Source: Promethearchaeota archaeon (GTDB lineage: Archaea; Asgardarchaeota; Lokiarchaeia; Sigyniarchaeales; SOKP01). From it: a DNA stretch of 26,261 nucleotides. Position numbers and translations under genes: made by a program. Below the pieces are notes generated by a model. That model ran no database searches and was not told the origin of the DNA. It saw nothing but the letters and a program-made list of their open reading frames with translations. Positions 15,071 through 25,252 of the stretch are shown here, one piece after another; the first letter of the stretch is position 1, and every line of letters begins with the position of its first letter. The stretch spans positions 1 through 26,261 of the forward strand of contig SDNY01000047.1 in NCBI GenBank assembly GCA_004524535.1, written 5' to 3'.

Positions 15071-17947
15071 TCAATTAGAAAAATTCAGATATTTCTTTAA
15101 ATATTTAGCTGTATATGACTTTTCATTTCTAATAATCTCTTCCGGACTTCCCATAACAACAATTTCGCCCCCTTCATCACCCCCTTCTGGACCTAAATCA
15201 ATAATATAATCCACAGATTTTATAATTTCCATATTATGTTCAATGATTATTACTGTATTGCCTTTATCGACTAATCTTTGAAGGACTTTTAACAAAATCT
15301 TAATATCATAAGCACTTAATCCTGTTGTTGGTTCATCTAGAATATAGAGAGTGTTACCTGTACTCGTTTTTCTTAATTCCCTAGCAATTTTTAGCCTTTG
15401 AGATTCTCCTCCACTTAAAGTTGTTGATGATTGTCCCAATTCTAGATAACCTAAGCCAACATCCACAACAGTTTTTAACGTTCTTTTTAGGTTTGGAAAA
15501 CTATCAAAGAATTGTAAAGCGTGATCAAAAGTCATGTCCAGAATATCCGAAATTGTTTTTTTCTTAAATTTAATTTCAAGTGTTTCCGCATTATATCGCT
15601 TTCCTTTACATAAATCGCATTTTATATAAACATCTGGAAGAAAATACATTTCCTTAAGGATGTAACCTGTGCCTCTACATTTTCTACAATGTCCTGCCTT
15701 TGTATTAAAGCTGAATCTCCCTTTTTTATATCCTCTTTCTCTAGATTCCGGCAATGAAGCAAATATATCTCTAATATAATCCATAGCTTTAGAATAAGTT
15801 GATGGAACTGACCTTGGTGTCTTTCCTATTGGTGATTGATCAATATTTATGATTTTATCAATGTTCTCAAATTCATTTATTTCATCAAAATCACCTGTCC
15901 TTAATTTAGAGCTTCGAACATTAACAAGATTATGCAATCCTTTATAAAGGCATTCAATAAATAAACTAGTTTTACCAGCTCCAGAAACGCCTGTTACACA
16001 CGTGAATAATCCTAAGGGAATTTTTACATTTACATTTTTTAGATTGTTTTCTCTAGCGCCTTTAATCTCAATAAAATCATCTCCAATAATTCTTCGTTTT
16101 TTAGGGATTGAAATTTTTTCTTTTCCAGATAAATATTTTCCTGTTAAACTATTTGCTTTTATTATGTCTTCGACTGGACCTTCTGCAACTATTTCTCCTC
16201 CATGTTCTCCTGCCATTGGTCCTAAATCAATAATATGGTCAGCATTTCTAATCACAGCATCATCATGTTCTACAACTAATACTGTATTTCCTAAATTTCT
16301 CAATTTCTTTAGCATATTAACTAATCGGGAAATATCTCTCTGGTGTAAACCTACAGTTGGTTCATCCAAGACATATAATACACCCACTAAAGTTGAACCT
16401 AATTGAGTTGCTAATCTTATTCTCTCTGCTTCTCCTACAGATAAAGTATCTGATCTTCGACTTAATTGAATATAGTCTAATCCAACATTATTCAAGAATG
16501 AGAGTCTATCTTTAATCTCTTTTAATACATCTTTTACAATCGTTTTCTGAACATCATCAATGCCTAAACTTCCAAAAAATTTTATAGAGTCTTTTACGGG
16601 TAGATTTGTTAATTCAGCGATATTTAAGTCATTAATTGTTACGGCTAAGCTTTCAGGCTTTAATTTTTGTCCATTACATTTAGGACATTCAATTCGATTC
16701 ATGAAGTTCTCATATACTTCACGAGCTCCTTCGGAGGTGGTCTCCATATACCTCCGATGTAGCATAGGAATTATACCTTCAAAGGGTCTAGCCGTTTTCC
16801 AGGATGAAAAAGTTCCATTATTAGAATTTCTATAGTCATTTCTGTCTTTAACAAAATGAAATTTTATATTTTCATCCCCTGAACCAAATAATAATTTTTG
16901 CACTTTATTGGGATCAATTTCTTTAATTGGTGTTTTATCAACATCGAAACCATAATGTTCTGACACTTGATTTATCATTTGCCATGAATATCCTGTTGAA
17001 GATCCAAATCCTGGTATCTTTCTTAATCCACTTTCTGCCAGTGGAACAAAAATATTATCTCCCAATATTAAACTATAATCAAATTCCATTACGGTGCCCA
17101 ATCCATTACAATATTTGCAACTACCATGGGGTATATTAAATGAAAACATTTTATGGTCAAGAGGAGGTAAAGAAATTTGGCAATCTAAACATGCATAGTG
17201 TTCGGAATATATTTGCTCATCCTTTCCAACTATTTCGACAATAACAATTCCTTCCGTTAATTCTAGGGCCGTTTCTATAGAATCAGCAAGCCGAGTTTTA
17301 ATATCCTCTTTCATAACAAGCCTATCGATTATAACATTAATATTGTGTTTCACATGTTTTTCCATTGGAATTTCTTCATCAAGAGTATATTGAATCCCAT
17401 CAACTTCTACACGTACATATCCTTGTTTTTTTAGATCTTGCAAAAATTCTTTATACTCACCTTTTCGATCTCGTATTATAGGTGCTTTAATTATGAATTT
17501 TTGATTCTCTTTTAGAGACTTTAAAATTTGATTAATAATTTGTTGAGGTGTTTGAGGTTTGATCTCTTTTCCGCAATTTGGACAATGGGGTATTCCAATA
17601 TTTGCGAATAATAGTCTGTAGTAATCATAAATTTCAGTTACAGTTCCTACAGTGCTACGAGGATTTTTTGAGAGAGCTTTTTGCTCAATTGCAATAGCAG
17701 GTGATAATCCCTCTATAGAATCGACATCAGGTTTGTCCATCTCTCCCAGAAACTGTCTTGCATAGCTTGAGAGAGACTCCAAAAATCTTCTTTGTCCCTC
17801 AGCATATAAAGTATCCATTGCTAAAGAACTTTTACCACTTCCACTTACCCCCGTAATCACAACTAATTTATTTCTGGGAATAATTACATTAATATTCTTT
17901 AAATTGTTCTGCCTAGCCCCTTTAATTATAATGGGATTATCAGTCAT
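15071..17947 (-). CDS. uvrA: Excinuclease ABC subunit A
   Basis: GARQNNLKNI, GVSGSGKSSLA, YAEGQRRF, zinc fingers, LYVLDEPT, GVSGAGKTS, LSGGESQR and LYILDEPTTGL. ATG at 17947 preferred over TTG at 17977. Confidence 0.97.
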   Translation of the reverse strand: MTDNPIIIKGARQNNLKNINVIIPRNKLVVITGVSGSGKSSLAMDTLYAEGQRRFLESLSSYARQFLGEMDKPDVDSIEGLSPAIAIEQKALSKNPRSTVGTVTEIYDYYRLLFANIGIPHCPNCGKEIKPQTPQQIINQILKSLKENQKFIIKAPIIRDRKGEYKEFLQDLKKQGYVRVEVDGIQYTLDEEIPMEKHVKHNINVIIDRLVMKEDIKTRLADSIETALELTEGIVIVEIVGKDEQIYSEHYACLDCQISLPPLDHKMFSFNIPHGSCKYCNGLGTVMEFDYSLILGDNIFVPLAESGLRKIPGFGSSTGYSWQMINQVSEHYGFDVDKTPIKEIDPNKVQKLLFGSGDENIKFHFVKDRNDYRNSNNGTFSSWKTARPFEGIIPMLHRRYMETTSEGAREVYENFMNRIECPKCNGQKLKPESLAVTINDLNIAELTNLPVKDSIKFFGSLGIDDVQKTIVKDVLKEIKDRLSFLNNVGLDYIQLSRRSDTLSVGEAERIRLATQLGSTLVGVLYVLDEPTVGLHQRDISRLVNMLKKLRNLGNTVLVVEHDDAVIRNADHIIDLGPMAGEHGGEIVAEGPVEDIIKANSLTGKYLSGKEKISIPKKRRIIGDDFIEIKGARENNLKNVNVKIPLGLFTCVTGVSGAGKTSLFIECLYKGLHNLVNVRSSKLRTGDFDEINEFENIDKIINIDQSPIGKTPRSVPSTYSKAMDYIRDIFASLPESRERGYKKGRFSFNTKAGHCRKCRGTGYILKEMYFLPDVYIKCDLCKGKRYNAETLEIKFKKKTISDILDMTFDHALQFFDSFPNLKRTLKTVVDVGLGYLELGQSSTTLSGGESQRLKIARELRKTSTGNTLYILDEPTTGLSAYDIKILLKVLQRLVDKGNTVIIIEHNMEIIKSVDYIIDLGPEGGDEGGEIVVMGSPEEIIRNEKSYTAKYLKKYLNFSN

Positions 17948-18015
17948 ATTCTTATCAATGATTATTGAATTAATCAAAAATGAAAAATTCTATGATTTTA
18001 TTTTATAAGAATTCT

Positions 18016-20007
18016 TTAAATCTTTAATTTTAACTTAACTTCTTTGATTCTATCCCTCAAATACGCAGCATCTTCAAATCTTAATTCTTTTGCTGCTAAA
18101 AACATTTTATTCTCAAGATATTGTATAATCATCTCATTATCACCTAATTCTTCCATTTTATCCTCAATTGTTCTTTTCAACCTCTTGCTTTCTTTCTCCT
18201 TGAATTCCTTTTCTTCAGAAAGTGATTCTAAGATATTCTTTTTGACTGTTTGAGGTGTAATATTATTAACTTCATTATATGTGATTTGTTTAGCTCTCCT
18301 TCTGTTTGTCTCATCAATTGCAGCTTTCATCGCGGGGGATGGTTTATCAGCATATAATATAGCCCTCCCGTTAATGTTTCTTGATGCCCGTCCTATAGTT
18401 TGGATTAATGAGCGAGTATCTCTCAAAAAGCCGAGTTTATCTGCATCGAGTATAGCTACTAATTGAACTTCTGGTAAATCAAGACCTTCACGTAGAAGAT
18501 TTATACCTACAACGCTGTCGAAGGTTCCATCTCTAAGTTTTCTTAAAATTTCAAACCTTTCTACAGTATCAACTTCGGAATGTAAGTATGCAATTTTAAT
18601 TCCCAATTCTGAATAATATTCTGCAATATCTTCAGCCATTCTTTTAGTTAATGTAGTAATCAAAATCCTTCCTTTATTATTTATAACTTTACGGAGTTCA
18701 CCTAGTAAATCATCTATTTGGTTTTCAGCGGACCTAACTTCAATCTGAGGATCGACTAATCCAGTAGGGCGAATGATTTGTTCTGCCGAAATTCCACCAC
18801 TTTTCTTTAATTCATAAGAACCTGGAGTAGCACTCATAAAAATAATATATTTAATTTTACTTTCCCATTCTTCAAAAGTTAATGGTCTATTATCGTAAGC
18901 GCTTGGAAGCCGCCACCCATATTCTATCAGATTTTTCTTGCGCGCTTTGTCACCGCCTATCATACCACGGATTTGCGGAACCGTAACGTGAGATTCGTCC
19001 ACTACAATCAAAAAATCTTGTGGGAAATAGTCAATCAAATTCATTGGGGGTTTTCCTGGAGGTCGCCCATCCAAATGTCTTGAATAATTTTCAATTCCCT
19101 TACAATACCCCATCTCTCTCATCATTTCTAAATCAAATTTTACTCTCCTTTCAATACGTTGAGCTTCTGCGTACTTTTTTTCATTTTTAAAGAATGCAAT
19201 CTGTTTCTTTAATTCCATTTTTATGGATTCTAATGCTTTTATTTTATTTTCTTCTGGAATAATAAAATGGGTAGCTGGAAAAATTCGACAATTGGGTAAT
19301 TCTTTAAGAACTTGATTAGAAAGCGGATGGATTTCTTGAATTGATTCAATCTCGTCTCCAAATAACGATATTCTTATAGCTGTATCTAAGTATGCTGGAA
19401 AAATATCAACAATATCTCCTTTCACTCTAACAACGCCCCTTTTAAATTCAATATTTTTTCGTTCGTAATTCATTTTAATTACGCTTTTTAATATATCAGA
19501 TCTTTTAATAGATTGTCCTACTTCCAAATTCAAAGAAACAGCAACCCATTCATCAGGATTTCCAATTCCATAAATGCATGAAACAGACGCGACTATTATT
19601 ACGTCTTCTCGAGTTTTTATCGCATGAGTAGATGCTAATCTTAATTTTTCAATTTCCTCGTTTACGCTAAAATCTTTTTCAATATACAAACCAGTGATTG
19701 GCATATAAGCTTCAGGTTGATAATAATCATAATATGAGACGAAATAATGAACGGCATTATGAGGAAAGAGTTCTTTAAGTTCATTATATAATTGGGCGGC
19801 TAAAGTTTTATTTGGAGCCATTAATAATGTAGGTTTCTGGATTTCTTGAATTATATTAGCGATAGAAAATGTCTTACCTGTGCCCGTGGCTCCTAATAAT
19901 GTTTGAAACCTTTTACCATTTTTAATATTTTTAACAAGATTTTTAATTGCTTGAGGTTGATCTCCTCGTGCTGTAAATTCAGACTCAATTTTGAATTTTT
20001 TACTCAT
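18016..20007 (-). CDS. uvrB: Excinuclease ABC subunit B
   Basis: GDQPQAI, LLGATGTGKT, YFVSYYDYYQPEAY, DESH, GINLLREGLDLPEV and a C-terminal UVR motif (FEDAAYLRD). Confidence 0.98.
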   Translation of the reverse strand: MSKKFKIESEFTARGDQPQAIKNLVKNIKNGKRFQTLLGATGTGKTFSIANIIQEIQKPTLLMAPNKTLAAQLYNELKELFPHNAVHYFVSYYDYYQPEAYMPITGLYIEKDFSVNEEIEKLRLASTHAIKTREDVIIVASVSCIYGIGNPDEWVAVSLNLEVGQSIKRSDILKSVIKMNYERKNIEFKRGVVRVKGDIVDIFPAYLDTAIRISLFGDEIESIQEIHPLSNQVLKELPNCRIFPATHFIIPEENKIKALESIKMELKKQIAFFKNEKKYAEAQRIERRVKFDLEMMREMGYCKGIENYSRHLDGRPPGKPPMNLIDYFPQDFLIVVDESHVTVPQIRGMIGGDKARKKNLIEYGWRLPSAYDNRPLTFEEWESKIKYIIFMSATPGSYELKKSGGISAEQIIRPTGLVDPQIEVRSAENQIDDLLGELRKVINNKGRILITTLTKRMAEDIAEYYSELGIKIAYLHSEVDTVERFEILRKLRDGTFDSVVGINLLREGLDLPEVQLVAILDADKLGFLRDTRSLIQTIGRASRNINGRAILYADKPSPAMKAAIDETNRRRAKQITYNEVNNITPQTVKKNILESLSEEKEFKEKESKRLKRTIEDKMEELGDNEMIIQYLENKMFLAAKELRFEDAAYLRDRIKEVKLKLKI

Positions 20008-20133
20008 ATGAATTGAAGATTGTTCTAATGAAAAAATTAAGATTTAAATATATATAAACGATTAGACTAAACTATTTTAATGAACAATGGCTTAAGATTT
20101 TTATGATGTTTAGGAAAAATTCATTTCTATAAT

Positions 20134-23100
20134 TTAAGGGACGATAACCAAAATGATTTTATATTCGGCGCCTTCTTTCGTACGAACTAAAATTTCTAAT
20201 TCATCATTTGGATTAAGTGTTGGAATTCCTAATTCAATTGATAATGTGTTATTGACATATGACATAGCAATCGTTAGTGTAGCTGAATCTAAGGGTTCTA
20301 GATCTAATGACTCTCCTACTCCTAAACTGAAATCGTCGGTGTTGAAATAGGTGCCATTAATGTAAATTGAATCAATTAGGAGATCTCGTGTGCCATCGTT
20401 AGTGGTCTTTATTACTAAATCTCCAGAAAGATCTGCTGACGAATCAGCTGAACTTATTGTAATATCATAAAGATTACTATCAACTATTGCATTAAATATA
20501 TGAAATGTCGTTGCAGTAGTGGTTGTAATATTTACTCTGACTTCATTTGATTTATTTATTTTTAAAGTATCAATATCAAAAGAGATTAATGCGCATTCTT
20601 GTACTTCTAAGCTGGCATCTCCATAAAGAAAATTAACATCGGTAGCAACGGGGAGTGTTTCAGTTTCATTAAGAATTACATTAATTAAAGTGATCGGTTC
20701 ATCTCCAGTATTTTTTATTAATAATCTACCAGTTTCATTAGCGGCAATATACGATGTTGTTAAACTATCGATTTTTTCAATAATTGTAATGTTAGGCTCG
20801 GCCTTAATTGCATGAAATATGCCGATATCTGAAGCTACTGGGTTCTCTACGTCATATCCTTTAGCCGAAACAGCAATAATTAATTCATCATTTAATTTTA
20901 TTTCAGGTAATATTGATTGGATGTCTGAAGGTTTTATTACAATTGTATTTTCATCGTTTGGGTTCAATATTAAATCGTGATTGATCGTATCAATCTTGTC
21001 AGAATCGATAGCATTCGCAGTTGTTAAAGAAAAAGTATTTCCATCCCTAACAGAATCCGCTTTAGCAACATAAACTGAATCTAATCCCAAAACTTTACTT
21101 CCGGTATTTTTCACACGAATTTTAATGTTTCCATCCGTATAGGCATAAGTATCTATGTTATTATAATCAATTGGTATGTGATATTTATAAGTATTTTGAC
21201 TGTTTACTGCTATAAGTTCAGGTGATAGTGTCCTCTCGTCATTAAGTATCGAAAGTTGGTAGTTTTTAGTATTATAAGACAACAGGGTTTCATCTTTAAC
21301 ACCTTGTGAAGTATTTACTCCAACTAAATTACCTGTTAAACCTGAAAGAAGAGGGTTAAATTCCCCGTTAACATTTTCTATATAGGCTTTTGCTTTTTCT
21401 CCTGGCCTTAATACTGAGGATCCACTTAAATAGCTTGTAGCATCATATGCATTTTGTTCACTATTAATATAAAATTTTTCTAAATTTACAGTATAAGTTC
21501 CAACGTTTTCCACTTCAAGAAAAACATCAGCCAATTCGCCTTTTTGCTCAATTTTACTATTCTCTCGATTAATTTTTATTTTTCCTGGTTCAGCTTCAGT
21601 AACAAAGAAATTATTTGTGCTTTCATAAAAATTATATTTAGTTCCCCCCAACGCATCAGCTTCAGCAGAAACAGATATATTTACTACATCATCCTTTTTA
21701 TAAGGAATATTCAAATCGACCCAAACTATATCTTCCTCATTAGTATTCAATATTTTATTATTATTTGATCGCCCCATTGTAAAATTATAATCTATCTCGT
21801 TTATTTTTACATTTGTAATTTTTAAATCTCTTGTTCCTGTGTTTTTTAAACTAAACGTAGAGCTCCCGATATTAAATACTTTAGGATTAATTATTGAAAA
21901 GCTAGAATCCAAGGCTGTGTAGTCGACTTGAAATAATTTAACCATGCCATTTTGAGAGAAATATGCTGGTTTAAATACTTTAAAGTCATATTGTCCATTA
22001 GTAGGTATGTAATCTGCCCATTCATTTCCATTATCGTCTTCTCTCGGTTTAATATTGTACGATGGATTTCCGCCAATTTGAGAAGCGTAATACCATTTTA
22101 AATAGTCAGTGTTAGGATTAACCCTTGAAGGATCTGTAGGCTCATCATAAAACATTAACCTAACTAATTGACTTTGAAACCAGGCTTCTTCATATTGACC
22201 ACTTGTTTCATTGATATAATCACTTTCAAGAAAAACGCTATCTTCAGCCCAATTATCTTCTTCCAATCCCATTTTTTCATATCTTGCATAATTGTCGTTA
22301 CAAATTCTCAACATCCATGGCCATTTACCCTCATCGCCACCCATTCCATTAATTAAAAATCCAAAATACACTAAGACATAATCAGCTTTTAATTCCCTAA
22401 GTATTTTAGCACTATATATTTCATTCGTTTGCATAAATGCCATTCCTGTCATTCCTATTCTAGAACCATCATGTGTATTGTTATCATTAACTGTAGTTAC
22501 ATTTCCAACGGGAGTGAGCCAATAGCCATAATCCCACCAACTCACGACAATATCGGTCCCAGCTAAATTATTTTTCATCCAAGTCAATGCATCTTCCCAA
22601 TCATGAAATTGTCCTCCAGCTACCATTTGGCTGTAAGATAATTGAGTAATTGAAATATCAGTTGCATGAAAAACTTGAGCTATACATAAAAATCCAACCA
22701 AAGCATAAACCGCAAACACTTCCGATCTCCCTACAGGTTTTCTTATTTGTCTTCTCCGTTTCCTGCTCACGCTAAGCCTTCTTTCTCCAACAAAACCACC
22801 ATAGATTTTTAAAACGTTTACTAACCCATAAGCACCCATTAATGATGCCGCAGGTGCAAATAATAAAATAACTCGAATCATACTTCCTGTAAAATAAAAT
22901 AATGTCAATAAAAATATCATTAAAAATATATCCGCAGCATTTAACCTCTTAAAACAAAAAAATATTCCAAGAGGTAAAAGAAGCATTGGAATTAAAGTAT
23001 TATAATAAAAAATGGACCAAGCACTTGGCATGTGTTCTGCAACTGAAGCTACAAGATGCATTTGATCACGTAATAAAGGACTAAGAACACTGTTTAATCT

Positions 23101-24126
23101 GTTTCCAATGCCCAGAGGTATTAATTTTGGGTTACTCCATATGATTATTGCAATTATAACTATGAGAGGAATTGCTAACCATTTTATTGAATTTAAGAAA
23201 ATATTATAAAATCTAGGATAATTATTCCTTTTTGAGTGAATTAAATGAAATAGGATCAAAATTAAGGTAAAATAAAATATTCCTCCATAGGATAAATTAG
23301 TAAAGAAGTCGCTAGGGATAAAATTAAAATATAATGAATGGATAAGAAAACCCATCCCTATAGTTCCACTATAAGCAATTAAGATATTCTCATCATATTT
23401 ATTTAATAAAATCATAATAGTACATACAAGTGGTATTATAAAGAAAACAAACTTAAAACCACCCCAACTTAAGGATAAATACCCTAAGAAAATACCTCCC
23501 ATTATCGAATGCGTAAATTTGCCCGATTTAATTGCTTTTAAGAAAAATAAAAATGTCATTAGGGTCGCAAACACGCCTATGGTTTCATTATCGAAGAAGC
23601 CAGCCATTGTACGCTGCATATGTCCTGTATTGAATGCTAAGAAAAACGCTGCAAATAACCCACATCCCCGATTGTAAACCTCTTTTCCTAGAAAGTAAAT
23701 AGCCAATACAGTCATTCCACCCATAAAAGCTGGAAAGTAATAACAAACATCATATATGGAAACTGGGATTCCGATAAAATTCAAAATCATCCATATAACA
23801 ACCGCCGTAAAGGGTAAACCAGGTCTTGTCTTTGCTCGTTCATAACCCTCAGGATACCAGCTCTTCTTATCTAACCAATGAAAGTACTCGTAAAGTGAGT
23901 GCTCGCTGATATATTTAGCATTATAATATTGAATCCATGGATCAAATGCTTTAATTAAAGTTGGTCCTCTAAGAACGGGCGTCAGCCTTATCATTATCGC
24001 TAAAATTACGATTAATGCAATTGCTAAAAAAAAGATAATATTTTGTTTTTTTGCACCCACAACAGAACTGCGAATCCTGTCTTTAAAACCTCTTAGTGAG
24101 TTACTAATCCTACGTAAAACAGGCAT
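20134..24126 (-). CDS. aglB: Oligosaccharyltransferase AglB/STT3 with a long C-terminal extension of repeated beta-sandwich-like domains
   Basis: FDPW, GFFDNE, SVAEH, SWWDYG, DNNT and DEGKWPWM motifs; multi-TM N-terminal half; about 590 extra C-terminal residues. Confidence 0.95.
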   Translation of the reverse strand: MPVLRRISNSLRGFKDRIRSSVVGAKKQNIIFFLAIALIVILAIMIRLTPVLRGPTLIKAFDPWIQYYNAKYISEHSLYEYFHWLDKKSWYPEGYERAKTRPGLPFTAVVIWMILNFIGIPVSIYDVCYYFPAFMGGMTVLAIYFLGKEVYNRGCGLFAAFFLAFNTGHMQRTMAGFFDNETIGVFATLMTFLFFLKAIKSGKFTHSIMGGIFLGYLSLSWGGFKFVFFIIPLVCTIMILLNKYDENILIAYSGTIGMGFLIHSLYFNFIPSDFFTNLSYGGIFYFTLILILFHLIHSKRNNYPRFYNIFLNSIKWLAIPLIVIIAIIIWSNPKLIPLGIGNRLNSVLSPLLRDQMHLVASVAEHMPSAWSIFYYNTLIPMLLLPLGIFFCFKRLNAADIFLMIFLLTLFYFTGSMIRVILLFAPAASLMGAYGLVNVLKIYGGFVGERRLSVSRKRRRQIRKPVGRSEVFAVYALVGFLCIAQVFHATDISITQLSYSQMVAGGQFHDWEDALTWMKNNLAGTDIVVSWWDYGYWLTPVGNVTTVNDNNTHDGSRIGMTGMAFMQTNEIYSAKILRELKADYVLVYFGFLINGMGGDEGKWPWMLRICNDNYARYEKMGLEEDNWAEDSVFLESDYINETSGQYEEAWFQSQLVRLMFYDEPTDPSRVNPNTDYLKWYYASQIGGNPSYNIKPREDDNGNEWADYIPTNGQYDFKVFKPAYFSQNGMVKLFQVDYTALDSSFSIINPKVFNIGSSTFSLKNTGTRDLKITNVKINEIDYNFTMGRSNNNKILNTNEEDIVWVDLNIPYKKDDVVNISVSAEADALGGTKYNFYESTNNFFVTEAEPGKIKINRENSKIEQKGELADVFLEVENVGTYTVNLEKFYINSEQNAYDATSYLSGSSVLRPGEKAKAYIENVNGEFNPLLSGLTGNLVGVNTSQGVKDETLLSYNTKNYQLSILNDERTLSPELIAVNSQNTYKYHIPIDYNNIDTYAYTDGNIKIRVKNTGSKVLGLDSVYVAKADSVRDGNTFSLTTANAIDSDKIDTINHDLILNPNDENTIVIKPSDIQSILPEIKLNDELIIAVSAKGYDVENPVASDIGIFHAIKAEPNITIIEKIDSLTTSYIAANETGRLLIKNTGDEPITLINVILNETETLPVATDVNFLYGDASLEVQECALISFDIDTLKINKSNEVRVNITTTTATTFHIFNAIVDSNLYDITISSADSSADLSGDLVIKTTNDGTRDLLIDSIYINGTYFNTDDFSLGVGESLDLEPLDSATLTIAMSYVNNTLSIELGIPTLNPNDELEILVRTKEGAEYKIILVIVP

Positions 24127-24403
24127 CCATGATCTTAATCTTATTTACTATGAAAATCTAATAAAATCTATTTAGATTATAAAAAATACTAAATCTTATA
24201 AAATTTTTTATTATAGATGTGTAAATATATGGAAATTCGCATTTATTTGTTTAAATTAATTTAAATTTATCTGCACTAAAATGATAATGAAAGATAATAA
24301 CATTGATAATTTTTTGAATATTTTAATTCATGTTCTAATATTTTATTATCATGTTTCTTTACGATTTAGAATTGAAATAAATAATATATTGATAGGAATT
24401 TAG

Positions 24404-25252
24404 ATGGAAAGCAGAAGGTATCTCTTAAAATTTTATTATATAGGAAGAAAAAAGTTTCATGGTTCGCAAAGGCAAAAAAATTTTTTCACTATTGAAGAAT
24501 GTATAATTAACGCTTTAAATGAAAAGAATTACTTAAAAGATGTTAAAAGTTCCGGATTTGAGGTAGCAAGTAGAACTGATCGTTTTGTTTCCGCCCGAGC
24601 TGCTGTTTTTTCGTTCATAACTACAAAAAAACCCATTTTAATGGAAATAAATTCGGAATTGCCGAAGGAAATAGGAATATGGGCTTGTTCAAAAGTTAAA
24701 TTAGATTTTTTATCGAGATTTAATGCCATCTATCGCCATTACAAATATATTGTTGCTGAACCTCTTGCTTATATCCAAAAGAATAGTAATGTTTTTGATT
24801 TGAATCTTATTCGAAAAGCTTGTAAGGAATTGGAAGGTCAACATGATTTTAAAAATTTTTCTAAACCAGGGAAAGAGAAGGAAAAAACAGTAAGAAATAT
24901 GGATTCTGTCAAAATTTCTATTAATAATGACTTTTTAGTCTTTGATTTTAAGAGTAGGGCTTTTTTAAGACAACAAATTCGAAGAATAGTTAAAAAAATT
25001 TTAGAATTAGGGATCGGTGAAATTGAATATGATGATTTCCTAAAATTATTTGATGTATCAAAACAATTTTTATATCAACCAGCCGATCCTTCAGGTTTAA
25101 TTTTATGGGATATTAAATTTGATGATAATATTAAATTTGAAGTAGATATAAAATCTAAAAAAAGAATGGAAACCTATTTTCTAAATCAAGAATTAAAATC
25201 GGGCTTAAAAAAGCAATTATTCAGAATTTTGCAGGGTGACGATTTTAGCTAA
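24404..25252 (+). CDS. truA: tRNA pseudouridine(38-40) synthase TruA
   Basis: Y.G..FHGSQRQ, ASRTD (catalytic Asp), RHYKY, GQHDFKNFS, FLRQQIRRIV and GLILWDI motifs. Confidence 0.93.
   Translation: MESRRYLLKFYYIGRKKFHGSQRQKNFFTIEECIINALNEKNYLKDVKSSGFEVASRTDRFVSARAAVFSFITTKKPILMEINSELPKEIGIWACSKVKLDFLSRFNAIYRHYKYIVAEPLAYIQKNSNVFDLNLIRKACKELEGQHDFKNFSKPGKEKEKTVRNMDSVKISINNDFLVFDFKSRAFLRQQIRRIVKKILELGIGEIEYDDFLKLFDVSKQFLYQPADPSGLILWDIKFDDNIKFEVDIKSKKRMETYFLNQELKSGLKKQLFRILQGDDFS

Noticed and set aside
768-24729. Short ORFs overlapping larger genes (768-953, 1887-2129, 2862-3062, 4873-5106, 8457-8684, 9747-10019, 10016-10210, 11600-11788, 14278-14574, 16002-16406, 16560-16835, 16927-17139, 18044-18253, 18281-18466, 20153-20350, 21544-21768, 21891-22076, 22168-22356, 24529-24729)
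   Set aside because: These are antisense or alternate-frame shadows of well-supported genes and have no recognisable motifs.
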